Shown here piece after piece: positions 18,434-29,676 of a stretch of DNA of 64,000 bases. The notes beneath the pieces were generated by a model. The model saw only the letters and a program-made list of their open reading frames with translations, did no database searches and was not told where the DNA came from. Where the stretch lies: NCBI GenBank assembly GCA_030673645.1, contig DAOVIO010000009.1, positions 83 through 64,082 of the forward strand, written 5' to 3'. Source of the stretch: Bacteroidales bacterium (GTDB taxonomy: Bacteria > Bacteroidota > Bacteroidia > Bacteroidales > GCA-2748055). Within the stretch, counting starts at the first letter, position 1. Each line of letters starts with the position of its first letter. The translations under genes and the position numbers were made by a program.

Positions 18434-21400
18434 ATGAAACTTCAATTTACAAAATTCATTTTTGCAAGTCTAATTCTATTTTCAACAATAAGCCTGAGTG
18501 GACAAAATTCCACAAGCTTTTATTTGGAATATGGGAGTAATTGCGAGCCGGTAAATGTTAATGTTAATAATACGAGTATGATATATACATTTACAGGAGG
18601 TCTTTCCTATGAATGGAGGATAGATGGAATTGTTGTTGACACTGCTCAGTTCCCTGCTCCTCAGACATTATTTAAAGGACATCATATGATTGAACTTAAT
18701 ATTTGGGATGATGTAAGTCATCTTGGATATTATAGTGAGATGATTGATGTTTCTGGATTAGTAGATACTTTTCATGTAGAACAAGGATTAACTGCTTGTC
18801 CAGGTGAAGAGGTATTTTTCTCTGTTTGGTCAGAATTATATATATATTATGTTGAATGGGATTTTGGTGACGGAGGTTTACTAGATGGTTATTCCAAATA
18901 TGAAAATAATCCTGTCCATACTTATCTCAATGAAGGAATATATACTGTAAATTTATTAGTTGATAATGAATGTGGATCAAACAGTATAAGTCAGGAAATA
19001 GAAATCCTGTCCACTGCAATACCTGAATTTAACCCATACATTTATGGCAGCTCAATTATTTGTCCAAACGAAGAAATATCATTTAATGTCGATGGTAATT
19101 TAACAAACTATTTATGGGATTTTGGAGACGGCAATACTTCTGATCTTAGAGATCCTGTCCATACTTACCCCGATCAGGATACAGCATCCTATAATGTTAC
19201 CCTTACTGCTACAAATATTTGTGGCAATACAAACACCAAGAGCGTAGAAGTAGTTATAGATTATAATCCTGAAGCTAATTCCTGGTTTGATTTTCATACT
19301 AACTCTCATTATCCTGATCCTTGTCCTGGAACTAAAATATATTTCTATTCACATTCTTCCGGAACACATCATTGGAAGTTTGGAGACGGTGGAGAATCTT
19401 TTGAAAGGGATCCCATTTATCGATATTCTCAAGAAGGAGAATATACAGTTGAGCATATTATACTTACAGGCTGTGGTATATCTGATACAGCAGTACAAAC
19501 TATAAACGTTCTAATAAATCCAGATGAAATTGTTTATGACTTGTCTTTCATGTTCGAATATGATATGGATTGGGACCAATTACAGTATTTAGATACCTTA
19601 ACGGTATGTACAGGTGAATATGTTTCATTTAGAAACCATTCTTATTATTATAATGAAGTTATTTATAATTGGGATTTTGGAGACGGTGGTTCAACAACGG
19701 CAAGAGATGCCCGACACAAATTTGATGTTCCAGGTCTTCATGAGGTCATATTAACAGCCACAACAGGTTGTGGGGGTGTTACATCTGTATCTAAATATGT
19801 TAATGTAGATCCTGGTGTGAAACCTGAAGCATTTTTAGGAATATTACCATTGGAAATTTGCCCTGATGAAACAGTATACTTCTTTGATGATAATTTTCGA
19901 CCTAATAATAACTATAAATATCATATTGATTTTGGAGATGGAACGGTAATAAATGACATTACCGGAATAACTGATTTAGAATTACATACAATTGCTCAAC
20001 ATCAATATTCTGGTACAGGGCCGTTTAATTTTATTTTTAAAGCTGAAAATATTTGTGGCAATTTCGTAGAAACAAGCGGAGCAGTTTTTATTAATAATGA
20101 CGAAACCAGGAAACCCTTTTATCATGTTTCTAATTCCACACAAGATGGCAGCAAGAGAGAACCTACCGACTGGTCTGTACAAAATGATGCAACTGATCAT
20201 CAACTAGATATTTTAGTTCAATGGGATGCCTGGCTACCAATTTATGGTGATACATTCTTTATTTATTTTTGGTATGAAGGATTATATGTACAGGATGATA
20301 CTGTACCTATGGAGGGTGAAACTGCACCTGAAGGGGATGATCCTGGACCGCCCGATGGAATCGTCAAATTCGTTAGTGCTAATATTGTAGTTGGAGAAAC
20401 TGTAACTGCATGGGCACCAATGAATATGATGGGAATGAATGAAGTAGGAATTGCAGCAGGATATTTCTGTGGCGAAATAAACCTTGAGGATGAGCCTGAG
20501 GCCTGGGGAACATTGATGGATGGTACGATGCAAATGATCAATTCCATTCCGCTTTCTCCGGGAGGCTATACACTTATAACGGATATTTCACCTTTGGGAA
20601 TTAAAATTGATCCTCTTTGGGATGGTGTTTGTAATTCCGAAAAGCCGGAAGGTTCATGGTTTAGAGAAGTAAGTCCGGGTATTTTCGCTGTTCTTGAATT
20701 ATATGAAGATATGGATGGCTATTATTACTTTATGGAATATAGGGATGGATTAGATCATTGGATGGAAAGTAATTACATATCGGGTGGGCCCTATATTTAC
20801 CCATCTTACCCTGATGTTTCAACCATTGAATTCCAGGATTATGGCTGTGGAGGTGCGGTTCCTTATAACTTCACTAAACCAAATGAAAACCAATTGCAAT
20901 TTTCTCCATCCGTTGATTCATGTGCAGATAGAGTTTTGTTTCTGGATGGGATTTTTGAACGGTACCATTATAATGATGATTATAGACCTGACATGTCTGT
21001 ATGTCCTGGCGATATGGTGAAATTTCAGATTGCTGGTGGGCTAAGTTATGTTTGGGATTTTGGGGATGGAAATACGAGTACTGAGCAATTCCCAATTCAT
21101 TCCTATAGCGCACCTGGAGTTTATAATGCGTTTGTAACTGCAACTAACAGTTGTGGTCGCGTGGATATTTTAAATACTAATGTTAATATTAGCGATACAA
21201 ACATTCCGGATGCGTCATTTGGTATCGAAAATATGGATGTATCAAGAATGGATACTGCCTGGTTCAGATATTATAACTATAATGAATATGGTGGCAATAT
21301 AGATAATAACACCTATTTATGGAATTTTGGTGATGGAAAAACCTCAACCTTACGAAATCCATATCATATTTATACAGAAGCAGGTGAGTACAATGTAAGA

Positions 21401-24007
21401 TTGGAAGTAACAAATAGTTGTGGATCTAATAGCGCTGAACAACATATTTGGGTTAATGAAAAAATCTTACTCTGTGAAGCAAAATTTGACTTTTCTATTG
21501 ATAGTACTAATAGTTTAAACGTTCAATTTGCAGATCTATCTTTAGGTGGCTCTACACAATGGGAGTGGGATTTTGGAGATGGTACATTCTCTAATGAACA
21601 GAACCCAATTCATCGCTACACTACTGATGGAGCTTATTTTGTTTCTCTAACAACTTTTAATGACCAAAATGACTGCCTTTCGTCTGTTGTTAGAAAGCTA
21701 ATAGTAGGTAATGTAACCTGCGATGCTGGATTTTCATTTATAGTAAACAATACTAGTGGTCTAGTCAAATTCATAAATACATCTCTGAATACCGGAGAAT
21801 ATTTCTGGGACTTTGGAGACAATACTGTAAGTGAATTAGAGGAACCTGAACATACATATAAGGATCTTGGCATCTATACTGTATGTCTTACAGTTTTCGA
21901 TAATAATACTGGATGCCAGTCTGTTTATTGTACAGAAGTTCAAGTAGGAGCTGATGAAAATACACTTGTAAAAGCTGATTTTAGTTATTTCCTATTAGAT
22001 GATGGTCAAAGTGTAACCTTTAGCGATCTATCTGCTGGTAATATAACCCAGTGGTATTGGACAACAGGAGATGGAAAAATGATTAGCAAATCTTCATTCA
22101 TCCATACCTTCACAGGCCCTGGGATGTATGATGTTTGTCTGGTTGTATTTGATGAAAACACTGGAAATTCAGATGAAATATGCAAAACAATTAGAGTAGG
22201 TGAAGTTGCCTGTCTAATAAGTGCTGAATTTGATTTTTTTGTCAAACCCTCTACTAAAGAAATTTACATGGAAGACAGGTCCCTGGGTAATCCCGAGAAA
22301 TGGTATTGGACCTTTGGCGATGGATCTACTTCAGAAAGTCAAAATCCACAACATCAATATGATACTCCAGGGTTCTACTTAATCACATTGTCAGTTTTTG
22401 ATGCTACAAATGATTGCATGGATCATTTTGCTAAATTTATTCAAATTGGTGCTGTGGAATGCAAGGCAGACTTTGAAGCGCAGATCAACCCTGAAACATT
22501 GGAAGTAAATCTTGTAAATACATCAACTGGTCCTATTGAAAAATTCTATTGGGATTTTGGTAATGGTAAATTTAGCACTGTCAAGTCTCCTTCATTTGCA
22601 TATCCTAAACCTGGAGAATATGTTATTGGACTTACAGTAATTGACTCTAGTGAAGTTTGTTTAGATCATATTGTTAAAGAAATTCAGGTTGGCGAGATTG
22701 ACTGCTCAGCAGGTTTTGAATATTACATCGAATCCACAACTGCCACTGCATTTTTCCATAATAGTATTATTGGAAATTATACTCAAATGTTATGGATATT
22801 TGGAGACGGAACTTACACTACTGAGGAAAATCCTGTTCACCAATTCTCGGCCCCAGGTTATTATACAGTAAGTCTGAATACATACAATACTGAGAATGAC
22901 TGTATGGATTATTTTGAAACTATTTTACTTGTTGGCGATGAGGGCATGGATTGTCAGGCTGATTTCATATATCAACCAGAAGATCTTGCAAATTCAATAA
23001 GGTTTAAAGATGAATCCTTTGGTAATATTCAACATCATGTATGGAATTTTGGTGATGGAAATCAATCGGATGAATTTGATCCTATCCACGAGTATCCTGA
23101 GCCAGGATATTATTTAACCTGTCTGACTGTATGGAACAATTTCGGAATTCCTAATATGCAATGCAAGTGGATTCCTGTTGCTCCTTCATCTGCAACGGAC
23201 TGTCGGGCTGATTTTATGTTCACTGTCGACTCATTATCCAGAGATGTAGTATTTGTTGATAACTCCATAGGGGAACCAGACACTTATAGTTGGGACTTTG
23301 GGGATGGTAACGGATCAACTGAAGCGAATCCAGGTCACACTTACTCAGAAAAAGGATTCTACACCGTAATACTAGATATCGAAAATAGTCTTTCAGGATG
23401 TAGTAGTAAGGAAGTTAAACTATTGAATGTGTCTGAAGAATATATTCTCAAAGCAGCATTTGATTATGAGGTTGACACATCAGGAACGAAGGCCTCTGGA
23501 TATCCAGTAGATTTTGTTGGAGCAAGCTCAGGTGATGGAGCTTCATATGAGTGGGACTTTGGCGATAAAAATTTGAAAAGTTTTACAGTAATGGATTCCT
23601 CTACAAAAATAGTCACACATTATTATGAAGATCCAGGAATTTACAATGCTTGTCTAAGAGTTTCTGATCCAATTACAAACCAAACAGACACCTATTGTGA
23701 GCCAGTTCGAACATCATCTTCAACAAATGTTTACGATTTCAGTTTAAATATGGCTGAATTGGATGTATATCCTAATCCTGCTAATGAATTCACAACCATT
23801 AGTTATAGTTTGCCTGAAAATATTCACATCGAAATAGCAATATTTGATGCAATGGGCAGACGCATTGAAACTTTGGTAAGAACTGAAAAGAAAAATGGAA
23901 ATCATAAGATTATTTGGAATTCCAATTCGATACAAAGTGGTTTGTATTACATCAAACTAATGACGAGGAAGCAAATTATCACTCAACCTTTAGTGATAAG
24001 CAGATAA
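18434..24007 (+). CDS. Giant PKD-repeat surface protein with T9SS type A C-terminal sorting domain
   Basis: 1857 aa with a signal peptide. There are 16 W(D/N)FGDG-type PKD cores with NxCG motifs. The C-terminal 80 aa (LDVYPNPANEF...GLYYIKLMTRKQIITQPLVISR) form a T9SS sorting domain. Confidence 0.9.
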   Translation: MKLQFTKFIFASLILFSTISLSGQNSTSFYLEYGSNCEPVNVNVNNTSMIYTFTGGLSYEWRIDGIVVDTAQFPAPQTLFKGHHMIELNIWDDVSHLGYYSEMIDVSGLVDTFHVEQGLTACPGEEVFFSVWSELYIYYVEWDFGDGGLLDGYSKYENNPVHTYLNEGIYTVNLLVDNECGSNSISQEIEILSTAIPEFNPYIYGSSIICPNEEISFNVDGNLTNYLWDFGDGNTSDLRDPVHTYPDQDTASYNVTLTATNICGNTNTKSVEVVIDYNPEANSWFDFHTNSHYPDPCPGTKIYFYSHSSGTHHWKFGDGGESFERDPIYRYSQEGEYTVEHIILTGCGISDTAVQTINVLINPDEIVYDLSFMFEYDMDWDQLQYLDTLTVCTGEYVSFRNHSYYYNEVIYNWDFGDGGSTTARDARHKFDVPGLHEVILTATTGCGGVTSVSKYVNVDPGVKPEAFLGILPLEICPDETVYFFDDNFRPNNNYKYHIDFGDGTVINDITGITDLELHTIAQHQYSGTGPFNFIFKAENICGNFVETSGAVFINNDETRKPFYHVSNSTQDGSKREPTDWSVQNDATDHQLDILVQWDAWLPIYGDTFFIYFWYEGLYVQDDTVPMEGETAPEGDDPGPPDGIVKFVSANIVVGETVTAWAPMNMMGMNEVGIAAGYFCGEINLEDEPEAWGTLMDGTMQMINSIPLSPGGYTLITDISPLGIKIDPLWDGVCNSEKPEGSWFREVSPGIFAVLELYEDMDGYYYFMEYRDGLDHWMESNYISGGPYIYPSYPDVSTIEFQDYGCGGAVPYNFTKPNENQLQFSPSVDSCADRVLFLDGIFERYHYNDDYRPDMSVCPGDMVKFQIAGGLSYVWDFGDGNTSTEQFPIHSYSAPGVYNAFVTATNSCGRVDILNTNVNISDTNIPDASFGIENMDVSRMDTAWFRYYNYNEYGGNIDNNTYLWNFGDGKTSTLRNPYHIYTEAGEYNVRLEVTNSCGSNSAEQHIWVNEKILLCEAKFDFSIDSTNSLNVQFADLSLGGSTQWEWDFGDGTFSNEQNPIHRYTTDGAYFVSLTTFNDQNDCLSSVVRKLIVGNVTCDAGFSFIVNNTSGLVKFINTSLNTGEYFWDFGDNTVSELEEPEHTYKDLGIYTVCLTVFDNNTGCQSVYCTEVQVGADENTLVKADFSYFLLDDGQSVTFSDLSAGNITQWYWTTGDGKMISKSSFIHTFTGPGMYDVCLVVFDENTGNSDEICKTIRVGEVACLISAEFDFFVKPSTKEIYMEDRSLGNPEKWYWTFGDGSTSESQNPQHQYDTPGFYLITLSVFDATNDCMDHFAKFIQIGAVECKADFEAQINPETLEVNLVNTSTGPIEKFYWDFGNGKFSTVKSPSFAYPKPGEYVIGLTVIDSSEVCLDHIVKEIQVGEIDCSAGFEYYIESTTATAFFHNSIIGNYTQMLWIFGDGTYTTEENPVHQFSAPGYYTVSLNTYNTENDCMDYFETILLVGDEGMDCQADFIYQPEDLANSIRFKDESFGNIQHHVWNFGDGNQSDEFDPIHEYPEPGYYLTCLTVWNNFGIPNMQCKWIPVAPSSATDCRADFMFTVDSLSRDVVFVDNSIGEPDTYSWDFGDGNGSTEANPGHTYSEKGFYTVILDIENSLSGCSSKEVKLLNVSEEYILKAAFDYEVDTSGTKASGYPVDFVGASSGDGASYEWDFGDKNLKSFTVMDSSTKIVTHYYEDPGIYNACLRVSDPITNQTDTYCEPVRTSSSTNVYDFSLNMAELDVYPNPANEFTTISYSLPENIHIEIAIFDAMGRRIETLVRTEKKNGNHKIIWNSNSIQSGLYYIKLMTRKQIITQPLVISR
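21470..23720 (+). repeat. Nine consecutive PKD-module coding repeats inside the giant CDS (period 240-261 nt)
   Basis: The Trp codons of the WxFGDG cores fall at 21566, 21806, 22058, 22307, 22550, 22793, 23042, 23291 and 23552. Seven of the nine modules clearly start with a C-x-A-x-F-like strand. The copies are divergent and not recent duplicates. Confidence 0.8.
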
Positions 24008-24022
24008 TAATCCTTAAATCCT

Positions 24023-24060
24023 AAAAAAAAAGCTGCCTCTTCTGGGGCAGCTTTTTTTTA
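24023..24060. terminator. Bidirectional rho-independent terminator after the PKD giant
   Basis: A8-agctgcc-tcttctgg-ggcagct-T8, located 16 nt after the stop codon. Confidence 0.85.
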
Positions 24061-24287
24061 TAGATACTTAAACGAATTTAGGAGTATTCCTCACTTTCAT
24101 TCCTTATTTTTATTTATTATTTTACTCTCGTATTTTATCAACCATTTTTTAATATTCAAATTAATGAAAAGAATTAAATCTCTTCATTTCATATTCAATT
24201 GAGCGGACTGAATAAAATGCTCGTCGCTTAAAATCAATATTTTGTTTAACTTGGTATAATTTGTGAAACCATTTTGAAAATATTTTT

Positions 24288-26687
24288 ATGTTCAGAAGCT
24301 ATCTGAAAATTTCCTTTCGAAATCTGACTCGACAAAAAGGATTTAGTATTATTAATCTATTGGGACTAACTCTGGGATTAACAGTAGGATTTACCATTCT
24401 ATTGTATGTGTTTAGCGAATTAAGTTATGATAATTTTCATGACAACCCTGAGCAAATATACAGAGTAGCTATTCGTGGCAATTTAGGTGATATGCCTTTA
24501 GATATGGCAGTTACACCTAATGCACTTGGTTATACCATGAAGGCAGAACTGCCTGAAATAGATAAATATACATTATTCGAACATGTACCTGGCGATCAAT
24601 TATTCTCAACAGAGGATGCTAAGTTTTATGAAAATCATTTGATTTATGCTGAAAATAGTTTTTTTGATGTATTTACAATTAAGTTTATTTCTGGAGATCC
24701 TTCTTCAGCCCTAATTGAACCTTACACATTAATCTTAACTCAATCTCTATCAAATAAACTATTTGGTGAAGTAAACCCTTTGGGACGATCAGTCAGATTA
24801 AATAATGCAGATGATTATATTGTAACCGGTTTAATTGAAGACCTTCCTATCGAAACTCATTTGCCTTTAAATTGTATTATTTCATTAGAAACCCGCAAAA
24901 AAGAGCTTGGAAATCAAATAAATGATGACTGGACCAATCTTATGTACTACACTTATATCAAACTTTTCTCTGATGTTGACGAAGCTTTATTTGAGAAAAA
25001 GCTAGTAGATTACATTAATGAGAAGTTAGAGAATGACTTTTCAGGAGCTAACATAAGTCTAATTCCATACCTTCAGAATATTCAAGATATTCATTTAAAA
25101 TCTAACATACTTGGTGAACTAAGGCCTAATAGCGATATATCTTATATATATATTCTTACCGCCATTGCAATAGGAATATTATTTATTGCAGGTGTAAATT
25201 TCATGAATCTTTCTACTGCCAGAAGTGCTAACCGCGCAAAGGAAGTAAGTATTAGAAAAATCAATGGCGCTAATAAAAGGCAACTTATTTTTCAATTTCT
25301 TGGAGAATCTGTTTTTCTTTCAATGATTGCATTTGTATTTTCAATCTCTATTATTGAACTTATCTTACCACTATTTAATACTATTTCATCCAAAAATATT
25401 AAAATTGATCATGCTGCAAATATTGAAATTTTTCTAATCTTTTTTCTTACGGCATTTTTATTCGGCATTTTTTCAGGTAGTTATCCTGCATTTTTTCTTT
25501 CATCCTTTAAACCGGCCAAGGTTCTCTCAAGTAAATTAAGAACCGGTGGTTCAAATAGGGTTTTACGCGATATATTGGTTTTTATTCAGTTTGCAATATC
25601 GGCTGGATTAATCATATCTACAATAATTATTTACCTCCAATTAAATTATGTTACAGGAAAAGAACTAGGTTTCCAAAAAGAAGGAATGATTTCTGTTTTT
25701 CTTCGAAATGAAGAAGTACAGAAGAAAGCAGAAGTTTTAAAGACGAAACTTTTGGACATACCAGGTGTAAATTCTGCCAGCCTTGCTAATTCTATTCCAG
25801 GAATGAGTTTATCTGGTAGTAGTTATTTCCCTGAAGGTTACACTTCCGATCCATGGTTGATATACAATTTTCAGGTAGATGAATATTTTATTGAAAAAAC
25901 ATTTAAAATGAGAATTATCCAGGGGCGTAATTTCTCAAAGTCTACAGCTTCCGATTCTTCAGCAGTAATAATAAATGAGACATTGCAAGAACAATTGGAT
26001 TGGAGTGATCCTATTGACAAAAAGTTCTTCTATGATGAAACATTCTCAGACAGCATAAGCTTGCATGTCATTGGAGTAGTGAAAGACTTTCACTTTAAAT
26101 CATTGCATGAAAGTATAGAGCCTACAATGATTCATTTTCAACAAAATAATCCGCAATATCTGGTTATACGTCTTCAATCTGCTTCAACGGAATATACATT
26201 AAAGAATATTGAAGAATTATGGAATGTATTATTTCCTGACTTACCCTTTGATTTTAGGTATGTAGATGAGTCATTCGATAATTTGTATACATCAGAAAAA
26301 AGACTAAGCATGCTATTTTTATATCTTGCGATTTTTGCAATTTTCATAGCTTGTCTGGGACTTCTTGGGATAGTTTCCTTCACTGCAGAACAAAGAAGCA
26401 AGGAGATTGGTATCCGAAAAATATTAGGAGCCAGTATCTTTTCTATAAGCAAGATGCTTACTTTAGAATATATAAAACTAATAATCTATGCAAATTTTAT
26501 TGCCTGGCCCCTAAGCTATTTATTAATGTCCAAATGGCTTCAGAACTTCTCGTATCTAACACCCGTCCCAATATGGGTTTTCTTGTTATCTCTGATAATT
26601 ACCTTATTATCAGCCCTACTAATTATTAATCTTCAAACGATTAAGATAAACTCAGAGGACCCAGTGAATTCACTTAGGTATGATTAA
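24288..26687 (+). CDS. FtsX/MacB-like ABC transporter permease (two FtsX domains, no adjacent ATPase)
   Basis: N-terminus MFRSYLKISFRNLTRQKGFSIINLLGLT is typical of the Bacteroidota MacB_PCD/FtsX family. Two 4-TM FtsX blocks are each preceded by a large periplasmic domain. 799 aa. Confidence 0.85.
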   Translation: MFRSYLKISFRNLTRQKGFSIINLLGLTLGLTVGFTILLYVFSELSYDNFHDNPEQIYRVAIRGNLGDMPLDMAVTPNALGYTMKAELPEIDKYTLFEHVPGDQLFSTEDAKFYENHLIYAENSFFDVFTIKFISGDPSSALIEPYTLILTQSLSNKLFGEVNPLGRSVRLNNADDYIVTGLIEDLPIETHLPLNCIISLETRKKELGNQINDDWTNLMYYTYIKLFSDVDEALFEKKLVDYINEKLENDFSGANISLIPYLQNIQDIHLKSNILGELRPNSDISYIYILTAIAIGILFIAGVNFMNLSTARSANRAKEVSIRKINGANKRQLIFQFLGESVFLSMIAFVFSISIIELILPLFNTISSKNIKIDHAANIEIFLIFFLTAFLFGIFSGSYPAFFLSSFKPAKVLSSKLRTGGSNRVLRDILVFIQFAISAGLIISTIIIYLQLNYVTGKELGFQKEGMISVFLRNEEVQKKAEVLKTKLLDIPGVNSASLANSIPGMSLSGSSYFPEGYTSDPWLIYNFQVDEYFIEKTFKMRIIQGRNFSKSTASDSSAVIINETLQEQLDWSDPIDKKFFYDETFSDSISLHVIGVVKDFHFKSLHESIEPTMIHFQQNNPQYLVIRLQSASTEYTLKNIEELWNVLFPDLPFDFRYVDESFDNLYTSEKRLSMLFLYLAIFAIFIACLGLLGIVSFTAEQRSKEIGIRKILGASIFSISKMLTLEYIKLIIYANFIAWPLSYLLMSKWLQNFSYLTPVPIWVFLLSLIITLLSALLIINLQTIKINSEDPVNSLRYD

Positions 26688-26690
26688 CAC

Positions 26691-28703
26691 TTAATAATCA
26701 AATCCAAAATTCCAGGGTGTTCTTGACTTAATCCTCTCTTTATGAATATTACTAACATCAAGTATATCAATTCTAAAATCGGATTTAAATTCAATAAGTT
26801 TGAGATCATAATTCTCGAATCCTCCATATTTAGATGGTCGGACAAAATGAATCGGAATTAGAAAGTCATCAGAATCGTGTCGATTTAACAGCTTTATAAA
26901 GTTCCTATTGTCCTTACTAATAGTCTTAATAAAGAAATAGCTCAGATCATATCCAAGAAAGGCATAAGAACATCCCTTTCTTGTAAAATGCACTGGTTCT
27001 GATTTGAATTTCAATCGAAAGTCACTCAGAAACTCAGAGATTGCACTATCAGAATAAGTGAAATTATAGGGTGTAACATACCTCAGATTTAAAGAATGAA
27101 AATATTGCTGTTCTACATTATCAAAACCTGAAAAATGAGGCATTCCAAAGACCTCAATATCGAAATCTCTTAATTGAAAATATAATTGAGTAATAAGATT
27201 ACTCACAAAAGCTTCATTAGTTTCAGGAATTACAACAACATTTTTTTTATCCTTTGATAGAGCCATTGCAAGATCATCAGACAAATCTGATTTTGCAGCA
27301 TCCTTATAAACAATCTCTTTCAGAACTATATTCTCTTCGTGAGTAAAATTTCTTAAAGCGCCAAGAAGACTTGTTTTGAAATAATCAAATTCACCCATTT
27401 TAAGACTATCTTTCCCGTATATGAAAAGAAAATTTTTATCATAGTCTTTTGCCAGAATCTTAGCAGCAGTTCTGTATTCGATCTTATATGACGGATTCAT
27501 CTGAAATAGAAATGGATTCTCTTCCGTTAAGTCACTATTTTCATAAAAAGGTGAAATTAGAGGAATTCCTTTTTCTTTCGAGAAATCAGAGACAATCTCA
27601 ACATTCCATGAGTAAAAAGGGCCTATAATCAGGTCAACATCGAGCATAAAACTATTTTGAAGAATTTCTCTGACTTTTGTCGGGCTTTTCCTGGTGTCGT
27701 AATATTGTACTTCCACAATTATTCCTTCACTTTTAAGTTCTTCAATTGCCATCAGGCTACCTTCAAAAAATTCTAGAAAATTGACCGACTTTGGTAGTTT
27801 CTTCATTCTTTCTTCGTCAGGATCAATTTCTTTCTCTTCATCGTCTTCCAGGTCGTCGAGGATCGTGTCCTTAACTATTATTTCTGGATAATAATCAAAA
27901 GGAATTAGAAAAGCTACTTTCAACCTGCCTCTATTAAAGTCTTTCATTCTCCTGGAATATTCATCCAACCTAAAAACTTCTCTTTCTTCTAGAAGCTCTG
28001 AGCCATCAATTACATATTCATAAATTGATCCATCCTTTAGCGAACCTGATACATAATTTTGTGTCAATTTAGGAATTCTTATGATCTGACCTGGATTAAG
28101 TCCGGCAATTTCTATCTCAGGATTATGTTTCCTGATCTCATACAAGTTAACATTATATTGTCTGGATAGGCTATATATTGTTTCACGCCGGCGAACTTTA
28201 TGATAATAAAATCCCTCTTCTTCTCTTGACAATGAATGACGAGGAATTTGGATTATTGTTCCGACAGAAAGATCAGTATAATCCAAACCAGAGTTTACAT
28301 TTTCAATTTCGCTAACCGGAACATTGTAGATTTTTGAAAGTCTATACAAAGTTTCGCCATACTGCAATTCGTGCCTGATAAATTTCAAGGTATCAACTAC
28401 AAGAATTTCCTCCTCTTTTGCACTTGCTTCAGCAGGTATTTTGAGGACTTGTCCAATTTGCAAGCCTGAATAAACACCGGGATTTTCAAGTGCAATATCC
28501 TTTCCCTGAACTCCGTATATTTTACTAATTGAATATAGAGTATGGCCAGGTTTAACTACATGAACAAAATATATCTTACCCTCAATAATTACTTTATTAT
28601 CAGACTTTTTTATATTATTATTTTCTTGAGCAGATAATATATTTGGGTAAAATACTATTCCCAGAAGAAATACTATATGGTATAAAATTAACTTTCCAGG
28701 CAT
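26691..28703 (-). CDS. Secreted LysM-repeat protein with a C-terminal periplasmic-binding-protein-like domain
   Basis: Signal peptide, then three LysM units (HVVKPGHTLYSISKIYGV..., HELQYGETLYRLSKIYNV..., HKVRRRETIYSLSRQYNV...). The remaining ~430 aa resemble type-1 PBP folds, which is a lower-confidence call. Confidence 0.75.
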   Translation of the reverse strand: MPGKLILYHIVFLLGIVFYPNILSAQENNNIKKSDNKVIIEGKIYFVHVVKPGHTLYSISKIYGVQGKDIALENPGVYSGLQIGQVLKIPAEASAKEEEILVVDTLKFIRHELQYGETLYRLSKIYNVPVSEIENVNSGLDYTDLSVGTIIQIPRHSLSREEEGFYYHKVRRRETIYSLSRQYNVNLYEIRKHNPEIEIAGLNPGQIIRIPKLTQNYVSGSLKDGSIYEYVIDGSELLEEREVFRLDEYSRRMKDFNRGRLKVAFLIPFDYYPEIIVKDTILDDLEDDEEKEIDPDEERMKKLPKSVNFLEFFEGSLMAIEELKSEGIIVEVQYYDTRKSPTKVREILQNSFMLDVDLIIGPFYSWNVEIVSDFSKEKGIPLISPFYENSDLTEENPFLFQMNPSYKIEYRTAAKILAKDYDKNFLFIYGKDSLKMGEFDYFKTSLLGALRNFTHEENIVLKEIVYKDAAKSDLSDDLAMALSKDKKNVVVIPETNEAFVSNLITQLYFQLRDFDIEVFGMPHFSGFDNVEQQYFHSLNLRYVTPYNFTYSDSAISEFLSDFRLKFKSEPVHFTRKGCSYAFLGYDLSYFFIKTISKDNRNFIKLLNRHDSDDFLIPIHFVRPSKYGGFENYDLKLIEFKSDFRIDILDVSNIHKERIKSRTPWNFGFDY

Positions 28704-28716
28704 TAATTTACTATTA

Positions 28717-29664
28717 TCATAATTTGTCTAAATATTTACTAATGCTTTCAAATATTCTGGCTTCTACATTCTGACTCTCAGCGCGAATGAATTTTGAGCC
28801 AGTAATATTTTCATACAGTTCAATATATCTTTCTGATACTTCTTCAACAAAATCATCCGGAATCTCAGGTACTGTCTGTCCTTCCAATCCCTGAAACCCA
28901 TTTGAAATTAACCATTGCCGAACAAATTCTTTTGAAAGTTGCTTTTGCTGCTCTTCCTTCTCCTGACGTTCTTCATAACCATCCGCATAAAAGTATCTTG
29001 AAGAATCGGGAGTATGAATTTCATCAATCAGAATAATCTTATTATCAAACTTCCCAAATTCATATTTAGTATCAACAAGGATTAATCCCATTTTAAGTGC
29101 AATTTCCGTACCTCTTTGAAACAATTTACGTGTATAATCTTCAAGCATCACATAATCTTCCTCAGCAACTATTCCAGATGCAATAATTTCTTCACGTGAT
29201 ATATCCTCATCATGACCTTCACTAGCTTTTGTGGTCGGAGTAAGAATGGGGGATGGCAATCTATCATGCTCGTGAAGACCATCTGGTAATGGAACTCCAC
29301 AAATACTCCTCTTTCCATCACGATATTCACGCCAGGCATGTCCGGTGAGATAAGCACGAATAACCATTTCAACCTTAAATGGGTCTGCAAGTTTTCCAAT
29401 AGTTACCATTGGATCAGGGCTTGCAATTTTCCAATTTGGAACAATATCCTCTGTTGCATCCAAAAACTTTTCAGCTATCTGATTAAGTACTTGCCCTTTA
29501 AATGGAATGCCACGTGGTAAGACAACATCAAAAGCCGAGATTCTATCACTAACTACCATTACTAATAAATTACCATTGATGTTATAAACATCACGTACTT
29601 TCCCCTTATAAAGGCTCTTTTGCCCGGGAAGTTCAAACGAAGTTTTTTCAATTGCCTGATTCAT
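28717..29664 (-). CDS. purC: Phosphoribosylaminoimidazole-succinocarboxamide (SAICAR) synthase
   Basis: [18 protein letters not shown] and the long-form PurC length (315 aa). Confidence 0.95.
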   Translation of the reverse strand: MNQAIEKTSFELPGQKSLYKGKVRDVYNINGNLLVMVVSDRISAFDVVLPRGIPFKGQVLNQIAEKFLDATEDIVPNWKIASPDPMVTIGKLADPFKVEMVIRAYLTGHAWREYRDGKRSICGVPLPDGLHEHDRLPSPILTPTTKASEGHDEDISREEIIASGIVAEEDYVMLEDYTRKLFQRGTEIALKMGLILVDTKYEFGKFDNKIILIDEIHTPDSSRYFYADGYEERQEKEEQQKQLSKEFVRQWLISNGFQGLEGQTVPEIPDDFVEEVSERYIELYENITGSKFIRAESQNVEARIFESISKYLDKL

Positions 29665-29676
29665 AATACTTTTTTA

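Noticed and set aside
18434-24007. I considered whether the PKD repeats reflect a mobile element or recent segmental duplication.
   Set aside because: The repeat units are clearly divergent in amino-acid sequence, with only the core motifs conserved, so they are ancient domain repeats. No near-identical DNA copies were seen.
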